Shown here one piece after another: positions 16,393-23,918 of a DNA stretch of 32,218 nucleotides (the stretch's first letter is position 1; each line of letters starts with the position of its first letter). Source of the DNA: Thermoanaerobaculales bacterium (GTDB lineage: Bacteria; Acidobacteriota; Thermoanaerobaculia; Thermoanaerobaculales; Sulfomarinibacteraceae); the NCBI GenBank assembly GCA_029932545.1, contig JAOZPW010000004.1, positions 1 through 32,218 on the forward strand. The letters run 5' to 3'. Made by a program: the position numbers and the translations under genes. Under the pieces are notes generated by a model that saw only the letters and a program-made list of their open reading frames with translations, was not told the origin of the DNA and made no database searches.

Positions 16393-16422
16393 AAACCGAA
16401 CCCGGCAGGGCCGGATCCGGGT
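16391..16422 (-). terminator. Probable rho-independent terminator after lepB
   Basis: Minus strand reads ACCCGG-atccggccctg-CCGGGT followed by TCGGTTTTG. The 6-bp GC stem is identical to that of the terminator at 25864-25894. Confidence 0.45.
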
Positions 16423-16432
16423 CAGTTACGAA

Positions 16433-17125
16433 TTACCGAATCAGCTTGAACTGCCGCTCCCACCTGGTCCGTGTGAAAAAGTGGGTAAAAACCCCGGCCA
16501 ACTGCTTGGCTCGATGCCCAATGCCCCGCCATTTCCAGTCACTCCGCTCGGCTTCGTATGACCAGTAGATCAGCACCGCCCGGCCCTTGACGTAACTCAA
16601 GGGCACCGGACCCCAGAACCTGGAATCCAACGAATTGTCCCGGTTGTCCCCGAGACAGAAGATACTGCCTGCAGGAACGGTATAGGGTCCAAAATTGTCC
16701 CGATTCCTGAAGCGAGCCGGCACCCCCGAACCCACGCCCCGAATCTGTGGGTCCTTGAACACGACGTGAGGCTCTTCCTTGAGTTCACCGTTCAGCCACA
16801 GTTTCTTGCCTCGAATTTCGATGGTATCGCCTTCGATCGCAATACACCGCTTGATGAAATCGCGCCGGGGGTCCTCGGGATACTTGAAAACCACGACATC
16901 CCCCCGCTCCGGCTCTCGATAGGGCAGCAATTTGTGCAGCACGGTGTCCCAGTTGGGGGAATAGAGGTACTTGTTCACCACCAGGTGGTCCCCAATCAAG
17001 AGGTTATTCTCCATCGAACCCGAGGGAATTTTAAAATTCTCGAATATGAAGGTTCGAACGAACAGGGCCAAGATGAAGGCCACCAGGATGGCCTCGTAAT
17101 ACTCTCGAGTCACGGATTTTTTCAT
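16433..17125 (-). CDS. lepB: Signal peptidase I
   Basis: IPSGSMENNL (catalytic Ser box), GDHLVVNK and GDNRDNSLDSRFWG. ATG 17123-17125 overlaps the tsaD TGA (ATGA). Confidence 0.93.
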   Translation of the reverse strand: MKKSVTREYYEAILVAFILALFVRTFIFENFKIPSGSMENNLLIGDHLVVNKYLYSPNWDTVLHKLLPYREPERGDVVVFKYPEDPRRDFIKRCIAIEGDTIEIRGKKLWLNGELKEEPHVVFKDPQIRGVGSGVPARFRNRDNFGPYTVPAGSIFCLGDNRDNSLDSRFWGPVPLSYVKGRAVLIYWSYEAERSDWKWRGIGHRAKQLAGVFTHFFTRTRWERQFKLIR

Positions 17126-18225
17126 CGATACTCTCCCTGCGGCGCCATCGAGACCTGCTTGCCGGCCTTTTGCCGCTCCAACTGCCGTCGCATACCAGGA
17201 GGATGCCATACCTCGCGCCCATTGACATCCATCCGGCGGCAATCATCCCTGCGACCGCGGCCCCAGGCGAGCCGGCCCGCCCAGGCGATCATGGCTGCGT
17301 TGTCGGTGGTCAAACCCCGGGAAGGCAGCAGAACTTCAATCCCCAGGGCGGCACCTGCAGCCTCAAGTTCCCGGCGCAGCAGTGTGTTAGCTGCAACTCC
17401 ACCAGAGGCCGTGATCACGGCCGGCCTGTGTTCTCTGACAAATTCCGGTAACGGCCCTAACAACTGTCGTACGATCGCAGCCTCAAAACTCGCCATCAAA
17501 TCATGGCCGGCCTTACCAACCCGTTCTTCTCCGAGACCCTCAAGTCCCCGTGAGCGAATTTCACGAATTGCGGCCGACTTGAGGCCCGAGAACGAAAAAT
17601 CCCCAGAATCATCCTTGAGCCGAGGTTGACGGAACACCGTGTCGGCGCCGTGACCCAATCGGGCCAGTCGATCGACACCAGGTCCCCCCGGGTATGGCAG
17701 ACCCAAGACCTTGCCGACCTTGTCGAAGGTCTCACCGGCGGCATCGTCCCGTGTTCGACACAACCGAACGGTCTCCTCTTCCCCTGTCAGGTACCACGCC
17801 GAGTGCCCCCCGGACGCCACAAGCCCGAGCACGGGCGTCGGAGCAACCCTGGCCGAACCCCCGTCGGGGTCGAGAAACGGTGAGACCTGATGTCCGTCGA
17901 GGTGATCGACCGCCACCAGGTCGATGTCACGCCCCCAAGCAAACGCAGCACCGAACCGGACTCCGACCAGCAAAGCCCCGATCAGACCGGGTCCGGCCGT
18001 GACCGCTACCAGATCAGGAGGCCCTCCCGCGGACTGCAACGCCTGATCCACCAATACCGGCAGCGCCTTGAGGTGCTCGCGGGACGCCACCTCAGGTACA
18101 ACACCGCCGAAGGGTGCATGTGTTGCTATCTGAGACGACAGCATGGCAAACTCTATTCTGCCGTCGCCGTCCAGGACGGCGACAGCCGTCTCATCGCACG
18201 AGGTCTCGATGCCGAGCGTCCTCAC
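17122..18225 (-). CDS. tsaD: tRNA N6-adenosine threonylcarbamoyltransferase
   Basis: MRTLGIETSCDETAVAVL, the His-rich metal site region (VDHLDGH) and SGGVAAN. GTG start. Confidence 0.95.
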   Translation of the reverse strand: MRTLGIETSCDETAVAVLDGDGRIEFAMLSSQIATHAPFGGVVPEVASREHLKALPVLVDQALQSAGGPPDLVAVTAGPGLIGALLVGVRFGAAFAWGRDIDLVAVDHLDGHQVSPFLDPDGGSARVAPTPVLGLVASGGHSAWYLTGEEETVRLCRTRDDAAGETFDKVGKVLGLPYPGGPGVDRLARLGHGADTVFRQPRLKDDSGDFSFSGLKSAAIREIRSRGLEGLGEERVGKAGHDLMASFEAAIVRQLLGPLPEFVREHRPAVITASGGVAANTLLRRELEAAGAALGIEVLLPSRGLTTDNAAMIAWAGRLAWGRGRRDDCRRMDVNGREVWHPPGMRRQLERQKAGKQVSMAPQGEYR

Positions 18226-18231
18226 CCGGAG

Positions 18232-19245
18232 TCAGCGAAGGCTGGCCCGAACCGGCACCCTCAATTCAGGGGTATCCGGGTCCGTGGTTTTCAGCACCAG
18301 CACGGCATCCTTGACTCCGATCGAGGCATCACGCTTGATCGAAACCGTAACCTGGTACCTCTTGCCCTGGTCGATGGGCACAATCTCAGTCGTAAACGCG
18401 GGGTCATCAACCACAGCCTCAGTGATCTCGACTGACGTTCCAGGACGATTGTTGACGATGATCAAATTCCGTCCGGGAGCTTGAACGGCCTCAACGGCTC
18501 CGAACTGAAGTTCAGGGGGCGTCACTCTCAAGAGGGCTCGGAGAACCCCGAAGACCTTGATTTCAACCACTTTCGCCTCAGGTGCCGTTGTCATGACCTT
18601 GACGACGGAACTGATCGGTCCGACCGGAGCATCTTCGAGCAACCTGATAACGACCTCGTATTGCGTGTCCGACCGGCCCTCAATTTTTTCACCGTCACCA
18701 AGGGCCCTATACGACACCTCGAACGCATCACTCTCCGACTCGACGCCGGTCACCGTGAAGGCGCCTGACCTTTCGGTACCCACCACCACGACCTTTTGTT
18801 CGGCCTTTTCCTTCTGGAGCGCATTAAAACGCACGAGCGCCCGCGGCATCACGTCGATATAGGGCTTGACGATAGCTTTGATCGCCAAAGTCACAATCGG
18901 AGCGCTGAGGTCATCAGTCATCACAAGGACCGACTTTGAAATCGCGCCTTTGAACCCGGTTGTATCCAACTTCGCCCTGACACTGCCCGTCCCTCCAGCC
19001 GGGATCTCCTTGTCATACTCGGCCACGGTGCATCCGCAGGTGGGCCTTACACTTTTGACCGTCAAGGGACCGGAACCTTCGTTCCGAAGATCGAATTTGA
19101 CATCCTTGACGACACCCTGAGGAACTTCCCCCAGATCAATCACCTTTTCCTCGACAACCAGTTTCGGTCCACCCTGGGCCGCCACAAATGACACCATCGA
19201 CACCATCACGGCGACCATTATCAGGGTCTTTCCAAATCTTCTCAT
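18232..19245 (-). CDS. Secreted DUF1573 domain-containing protein (tandem Ig-like repeats)
   Basis: Signal peptide MRRFGKTLIMVAVMVSMVSFVAAQ. DUF1573 signature IDLGEVPQGVVKDVKFDLRNEGSGPLTVKSVRPTCGCT. ATG 19243-19245 is preceded by GGAGGATTCTG. Confidence 0.8.
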   Translation of the reverse strand: MRRFGKTLIMVAVMVSMVSFVAAQGGPKLVVEEKVIDLGEVPQGVVKDVKFDLRNEGSGPLTVKSVRPTCGCTVAEYDKEIPAGGTGSVRAKLDTTGFKGAISKSVLVMTDDLSAPIVTLAIKAIVKPYIDVMPRALVRFNALQKEKAEQKVVVVGTERSGAFTVTGVESESDAFEVSYRALGDGEKIEGRSDTQYEVVIRLLEDAPVGPISSVVKVMTTAPEAKVVEIKVFGVLRALLRVTPPELQFGAVEAVQAPGRNLIIVNNRPGTSVEITEAVVDDPAFTTEIVPIDQGKRYQVTVSIKRDASIGVKDAVLVLKTTDPDTPELRVPVRASLR

Positions 19246-19401
19246 CAGAATCCTCCTTGTCATCCTCAACACAAACGGCGACAATCTTAACCCTAATGAG
19301 TAATTTCTGCCGCCCCTATTTGTCAATTTCTCGCCCGATGACCGGTCTCCACACCGAAAACTCATCTCCAACGGACATCATACCGACCTCAAGAGAATCC
19401 G

Positions 19402-20868
19402 ATGACACCGTCTCCTGACTCTCTTCATCCGGAACACCCGTCGATGCAAACCTCGTTCCATACGAGAGACCACCTCTACTTTCTGCCGGTTGGAGGCACT
19501 GCAATGGCCACGCTGGCTGGGCTCCTGCATCAGCAAGGACACCGGGTCGAAGGAGTCGACACCCAACTCTACCCACCGATGAGCACTCTCCTGAGCGATC
19601 TCGAGATTCCGGTACGGCTGGGTTGGGACCCCGACCTGATCCCCTCGGTCGATCGTGTGATCATCGGCAATGCCATACCACGAACCAATCCCGAGATCCA
19701 ACGAGTTTTGACCGACCGGCGGCCCTATCTGTCTCAAGCCGAAGCAGTCAGTCATTATCTTCTCGCAGAGGGACGCGAGAGCCTGGTTGTTGCAGGCACT
19801 CACGGAAAAACTACGACGACCTCGATGGCAACGTGGATCTTCGAAGAGCTCGAAACCGATCCAACGGCACTGGTCGGCGGCCTGCTCAAATGGAGCCGCC
19901 GGTCCTTTCGGCTGGGGCAGGGGCCATGGATGATCATCGAGGGAGACGAATACAACACCGCTTTTTTCGACCGCGGGCCCAAGTTCCTCCACTACCGCGC
20001 ACGAATCTTTCTGCTGGGACCGGTTGAATTCGACCACGCCGATCTCTATCACGACCTCGATGCCGTTCTGACAGCCTTCCGCGCCGGAACGGCGCAGGTG
20101 CCTTTCCACGGCACCATCGTCGTCAACGCCTTCTGGCCCACCGCCCTCGACTGTGTGCACAACACCTCGGCCGAGGTCCTCAAGGTTGGTTCGACGCCTG
20201 ACTGTGCTCTCCGTCTCGGCGAGACCCTGGTCGAGGAGGATACCGAGATCACAAGCACTCCGGTCGAATGGCAAGGACGGAAGTTGGACCTGCGCCTCCC
20301 GATGCCGGGGCGTCACAACGCCGAAAATGCCGCAATGGCCATGGCCGGCGCCCTGGCCGCCGGCCTCGACCCCGACGCCATCATCGATGCGCTTTCCCGC
20401 TTCCCCGGCGTCGCGCGTCGCCTGGAAACCATCGGTGAGGCCTCGGGCGTGCTGATCGTCGACGACTTTGCCCACCACCCAACTGCCCTGGCCGCCACCA
20501 TCACTGCGGTTCGGAGCCGGTGGCCCGGGCGAAGACTGGTCATCGCCTATGAGCCACACTCAATGACCGCGGCCAGAAGGGATTTTCAGGCGGCGTATGT
20601 CGATGCACTGGCCGGCGCCGATATCGCCCTGATGTCATACCCGTACTACAGTGACCGCCTGGCGCCCGAGGACCGCCTGGACCGCGATCAGATGACCTCT
20701 GTGCTGAAGGAACGAGGGGTCCATGCCATCATGCCGTCCGAGGGAAAGGATCCTGTCGAGGCATTGGCACCCTTCCTTCGCTCCGGAGACGTCGTCGTTG
20801 GTTGCTCTTCGGGGAATTTCGGCGCCTTTCATAGACGACTGCTGGAGAGGCTGGTCCATCTTGCGTAG
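19402..20868 (+). CDS. mpl: UDP-N-acetylmuramate:L-alanyl-gamma-D-glutamyl-meso-diaminopimelate ligase (murein peptide ligase)
   Basis: GGTAMATLAGLL...YPPMSTLL...IIGNAIPRTNPE...VAGTHGKTTTTSM...DEYNTAFFD is collinear with E. coli Mpl. The start is uncertain: ATG 19402, or ATG 19444 giving MQTSFH... Confidence 0.88.
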   Translation: MTPSPDSLHPEHPSMQTSFHTRDHLYFLPVGGTAMATLAGLLHQQGHRVEGVDTQLYPPMSTLLSDLEIPVRLGWDPDLIPSVDRVIIGNAIPRTNPEIQRVLTDRRPYLSQAEAVSHYLLAEGRESLVVAGTHGKTTTTSMATWIFEELETDPTALVGGLLKWSRRSFRLGQGPWMIIEGDEYNTAFFDRGPKFLHYRARIFLLGPVEFDHADLYHDLDAVLTAFRAGTAQVPFHGTIVVNAFWPTALDCVHNTSAEVLKVGSTPDCALRLGETLVEEDTEITSTPVEWQGRKLDLRLPMPGRHNAENAAMAMAGALAAGLDPDAIIDALSRFPGVARRLETIGEASGVLIVDDFAHHPTALAATITAVRSRWPGRRLVIAYEPHSMTAARRDFQAAYVDALAGADIALMSYPYYSDRLAPEDRLDRDQMTSVLKERGVHAIMPSEGKDPVEALAPFLRSGDVVVGCSSGNFGAFHRRLLERLVHLA

Positions 20869-20906
20869 AATTTCGATCGCAAGAGATGCAGCCGAAAGGA
20901 CAACCG

Positions 20907-21416
20907 ATGAATAAACTCGCCTTCAACCTCGCGACAACCTTCGGCCTCGGAGATCGACTGCCGGCGCCCGGCACCACAGCGGGTTCGTTTCCGGCAAGCC
21001 TCATCTGGCTCGTCGTCGCCTGGGGCCTCTTGAACTCTCCCTGGTTATTGGTGGCAACCACCGCCATGATCACTGTGGCGGTCATCGCCGGATTCTGGGC
21101 CTCGGATGCCGAGATCACGCGCCGCGGCAACTCAGACCCCGGTCCAGTGGTGATCGACGAGGTCGCCGGCCAGTGGCTGACCTACGGCACTGCCCTCCCT
21201 CTATGGGCGGCCGCTTCTCACCACGAGATGATCGTTTTTGCCGGAGCCGGATTCCTGCTCTTTCGCTTCTTCGACATCCTCAAACCCTGGCCCATCCGGC
21301 GTCTGGAGAGGCTCCACGGCGCACTGGGCGTGATGGCCGATGATCTTCTCGCCGGTGTGATGGCCGGGGTCGTGCTGGCATTGGCTCGACCGTATCTGGC
21401 CTTTCTGACGATGTGA
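20907..21416 (+). CDS. pgpA: Phosphatidylglycerophosphatase A
   Basis: TTFGLGDRLPAPGTTAGS, VVIDEVAGQW, FRFFDILKPWPIRRLE and GVMADDLLAGV. ATG 20907 has AAAGGA 7 nt upstream. The in-frame ATG 20886 is the alternative. Confidence 0.88.
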   Translation: MNKLAFNLATTFGLGDRLPAPGTTAGSFPASLIWLVVAWGLLNSPWLLVATTAMITVAVIAGFWASDAEITRRGNSDPGPVVIDEVAGQWLTYGTALPLWAAASHHEMIVFAGAGFLLFRFFDILKPWPIRRLERLHGALGVMADDLLAGVMAGVVLALARPYLAFLTM

Positions 21417-21547
21417 CCGGCACAATACGGTGCCCAACTCCGAGAGCGCCCAACACCTCAGACAGGACGTGCCACTCTTTGCATTGTTCCCAGGGTAACC
21501 TACTGTTATACGAACAGTTGCGGACAATGCATAGGGTGGCAATCCAC

Positions 21548-21722
21548 GGGGAGCGGTTCAGATACCGCATCTCGGCCGACGCCGTAGGCCGCCGAGGTCA
21601 TTTCCCGGAGGGGCGAGACTCTGCCGGCTTCTGAAATGACGCCCCTTGAGGGAAATGATCGAGCGGGAGCGACCGGCAGTCGTTTGCACCCAAGTCAATC
21701 TAGATGCGCTCCCGAAGGCCGG
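21548..21722. repeat. Copy 1 of a ~150-175 nt hairpin-rich intergenic repeat
   Basis: 21569-21606 matches 25989-26026 at 37/38 positions. Further shared blocks are GCCC(C)TTGAGGGAAATG..CGAGCGGGAG and GCGCTCCCGAAGGCCGG. Confidence 0.85.
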
Positions 21723-21888
21723 TTTTGGTATTCACCAATTCTCGGGCCGTAGCCACAATTCCATCCTCGAAGACACGCCGATCTTCCGGGCGGTCCTCTG
21801 AGAGGAGAAGACCTATAACAACCTCCGCTGCGACAAATCTCAGCCTTTCGCCGCTCATCGTTACAGGCGCCACTTCCCAATACGACAT
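21700..21888 (-). CDS. Hypothetical 62-aa protein, possibly translationally coupled to dapF
   Basis: Its ATG overlaps the dapF TGA by 1 nt (TGATG), the same junction used by three clear gene pairs here. I recognise no family. Third-position GC is ~58% by my count, which looks lower than in neighbouring genes. The last 7 codons are encoded by the repeat element. Confidence 0.3.
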   Translation of the reverse strand: MSYWEVAPVTMSGERLRFVAAEVVIGLLLSEDRPEDRRVFEDGIVATARELVNTKTGLRERI

Positions 21889-22718
21889 CAGTTTCGAGTT
21901 TCAAGTTTCAAGTTTCCAACCTCAACCGGCCTCACCTCGGCGATGAACCGCGCCGGACCCGTCAGGCCAAAACCCGTTCCCAGATCCTCAACGGTCAATA
22001 CATCACCTGAAGCCGGGCGAACCCGGGCCGAATTCACGTCCCGATCCGCCATTTCGATCACACCAGCAGCGACCATCGCCGAACCGCAACTCAGGGTCTC
22101 GCTTTCAACACCTCGCTCGAAGGTCCGAATACCGACCGTGCCGTCCGGACCCCGACTGACGAAACTGACGTTGGCACCGCCTGGACCAAGTGCGGGGTGC
22201 CGCCTGAGTGCCGGCGCGGCCTCCGTAAAGTCCGACTGCGCCACGTCATCGACCTGAATGACCAGGTGGGGAACACCAACTTCAATGACGATGCCGTTCC
22301 ACTTCCGGCCGATCGCCTCCAGGGCCGTCTGTTCAGCCGGCCCCGGAGTCGGAAGACGAAGCGTGACATTCTCCCCATCAACTTGAGCCGGAATCTCCGC
22401 CCAGTCCGTGATGACGACCAATTTTGAGGGTACATCGAGCAGGCGTACTGCAGCCAGAGCCGCACACCGCGTACCATTGGCGCAGAACTGAGCATGGGAT
22501 CCATCGGCATTGCGGTAGTGCAGCCGAACACGAGCATCTTCCTCAACATCGAGGGCCAACACACCATCGGCCCCAATGCCCCGATGCCTTCGGCACAAAC
22601 GGATCACCAGTTTCGGGTCCGAAGCCAGACGACCGCTCCACGAACCGACACCGACCAGGAAATCGTTCCCCGCCCCCTCCATGAGCCACAGGCTGTCGTC
22701 AGCCACTGACCATCCCAC
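21888..22718 (-). CDS. dapF: Diaminopimelate epimerase
   Basis: GAGNDFLV, the two catalytic Cys regions (FCANGTRCAA, LSCGSAMVAA) and GPARFI. The start is uncertain: GTG 22718 is only 2 nt from GGAG, and GTG 22706 is the alternative. Confidence 0.92.
   Translation of the reverse strand: MGWSVADDSLWLMEGAGNDFLVGVGSWSGRLASDPKLVIRLCRRHRGIGADGVLALDVEEDARVRLHYRNADGSHAQFCANGTRCAALAAVRLLDVPSKLVVITDWAEIPAQVDGENVTLRLPTPGPAEQTALEAIGRKWNGIVIEVGVPHLVIQVDDVAQSDFTEAAPALRRHPALGPGGANVSFVSRGPDGTVGIRTFERGVESETLSCGSAMVAAGVIEMADRDVNSARVRPASGDVLTVEDLGTGFGLTGPARFIAEVRPVEVGNLKLETRN
21891..21918. repeat. Heptanucleotide tandem array GTTTCGA GTTTCAA GTTTCAA GTTTCCA
   Basis: Four contiguous 7-nt units overlap the last ~10 codons of dapF (..VGNLKLETRN*). 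Confidence 0.9.
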
Positions 22719-22719
22719 A

Positions 22720-22736
22720 GCTCCGAAAAGCGGAGC
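22720..22736 (-). promoter_or_regulatory. 5'-UTR hairpin GCUCCG-cuuuu-CGGAGC enclosing the only SD-like GGAG upstream of dapF
   Basis: 6-bp perfect stem read directly. Its 3' arm ends 1 nt before GTG 22718. Confidence 0.35.
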
Positions 22737-22744
22737 AATACCAT

Positions 22745-22768
22745 ATTGTGGCCGTTATTGTGGCCGTT
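22745..22768. repeat. 12-nt tandem direct repeat ATTGTGGCCGTT x2
   Basis: Perfect duplication. On the minus strand it reads AACGGCCACAAT x2, and each unit contains the -10-like CACAAT. Confidence 0.9.
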
Positions 22769-22791
22769 CTTTGGGTTTTGCAGGCACCTGG

Positions 22792-22822
22792 GCTGATAGC
22801 TGATAGCTGATAGCTGACAGCT
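22792..22822. repeat. Heptanucleotide tandem array GCTGATA x3 + GCTGACA + GCT (AGCTG-N-CAGCT family)
   Basis: 4.4 contiguous units directly after the stop of the Fn3 lipoprotein gene. Confidence 0.9.
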
Positions 22823-22826
22823 TTCA

Positions 22827-23918
22827 TCACGGCGCCTCCACAATCGTTCGACAGTGGGCTTTTAGCGAGGCATTCCCGGCGTCATCTACCGCACGAACGG
22901 TGTAGGTCACGTTCCCGGCCGGCGGCGTCTCATCGAGATAGAACACCTCGGTGATCGCCTCGGCCAGCACCGCGACCTCTGCCTGACCGGCTCGGCGTTC
23001 AATTGAATATGCGGTGGCCCCCTCGGCAGCTCCCCAGCGCAACCGCACTCTGCCTCCCTCGGGAAGACAGACCAGGTCGACCGGGACCTCAGGGGGATAG
23101 AGATCGGGGAATTCCAGCCGAACCGACGGCCCCGGCGCACCCTTTCGAATGACTTTTCCCTCAGCTGTTGCAGTCACAACACGCAGACGGTAGAACCACG
23201 TTCGCCTATGGACCGCCCCACCGTCAATCCAGGTGGACTCGGACAACGGCGAGTCACTGACGATCTCCCACTGCTCGCCATCGCCGGAGCGCTCGACCTG
23301 TACCAGCCCACCCTCGACTCCGACCCATTGAAGATGCGGCCCATCCCTCTCGGCCGTAACTTCGAGGCCCTCGGGTGCCGGAGAAACAGGTTTGGGAATC
23401 AGCCGGGCAATATTTGAAAACTCCGATATCCGCCCTCTGCAACACACGCTGCGAACCGCATACCAGATTACGGTCTCGGCAATCTCTTCTTCATCTGTCG
23501 CCATCAGCCATCTGGCCAACTCGTCCTCGACCTGCAATTGCGAACCGCGCGTTGCCAGATCCAACCCCTCGCCTTCCAGCCGGGAGATGACCTCCCCGCG
23601 TCCCTCCAGGAGATTCCACCGGCCCTGGCGGTCCTTGGCCGTCGTTCCCGCCGCCGGCTCCTGGGCAAGGGGCATTTCGGCCCGCCAGACCTCGATTGAT
23701 TCCAGATCGGGAAGGGGTCCACCTGCGATCGTCATCTGGGGATAGGACCACTGAAGATTGGCCGTCCCTTCGTCCTGAACCACCTGGAGGTCTCGGGTGG
23801 TATCGGCAACCCGGAGCTCAGGGGGCAGTGGCGCCGACTTCCGGCCACATCCCGATTCTGCCGCTAAAATACCCAGCAGAAACAGCATAAACCCCAAATG
23901 GCCTTTCCATCGCATCAC
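22827..23918 (-). CDS. Putative lipoprotein with an LptM-like N-terminal motif and fibronectin type III-like domains
   Basis: Signal peptide [23 protein letters not shown]|[11 protein letters not shown] resembles the LptM/YifL CG.KGPL..P motif, but the lipobox is non-canonical at -3. Two Fn3-like segments are present (..[14 protein letters not shown]; ..[17 protein letters not shown]...[13 protein letters not shown]). The start is GTG 23918 or ATG 23915, and the latter overlaps the hslU TGA as TGATG. Confidence 0.7.
   Translation of the reverse strand: MMRWKGHLGFMLFLLGILAAESGCGRKSAPLPPELRVADTTRDLQVVQDEGTANLQWSYPQMTIAGGPLPDLESIEVWRAEMPLAQEPAAGTTAKDRQGRWNLLEGRGEVISRLEGEGLDLATRGSQLQVEDELARWLMATDEEEIAETVIWYAVRSVCCRGRISEFSNIARLIPKPVSPAPEGLEVTAERDGPHLQWVGVEGGLVQVERSGDGEQWEIVSDSPLSESTWIDGGAVHRRTWFYRLRVVTATAEGKVIRKGAPGPSVRLEFPDLYPPEVPVDLVCLPEGGRVRLRWGAAEGATAYSIERRAGQAEVAVLAEAITEVFYLDETPPAGNVTYTVRAVDDAGNASLKAHCRTIVEAP

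Noticed and set aside
19246-19401. Divergent promoters between the DUF1573 operon and mpl (minus-strand TTGACA at 19321-19326)
   Set aside because: A perfect -35 is present, but I could not pair it with a credible -10 at 16-18 nt. I therefore did not list it as a feature.
19378-20559. 393-aa ORF on the minus strand opposite mpl
   Set aside because: It lies entirely antisense to a gene with unmistakable Mpl motifs. Its composition (Gly/Arg/Val/Asp-rich, no motifs, no SD) is typical of shadow ORFs in GC-rich DNA.
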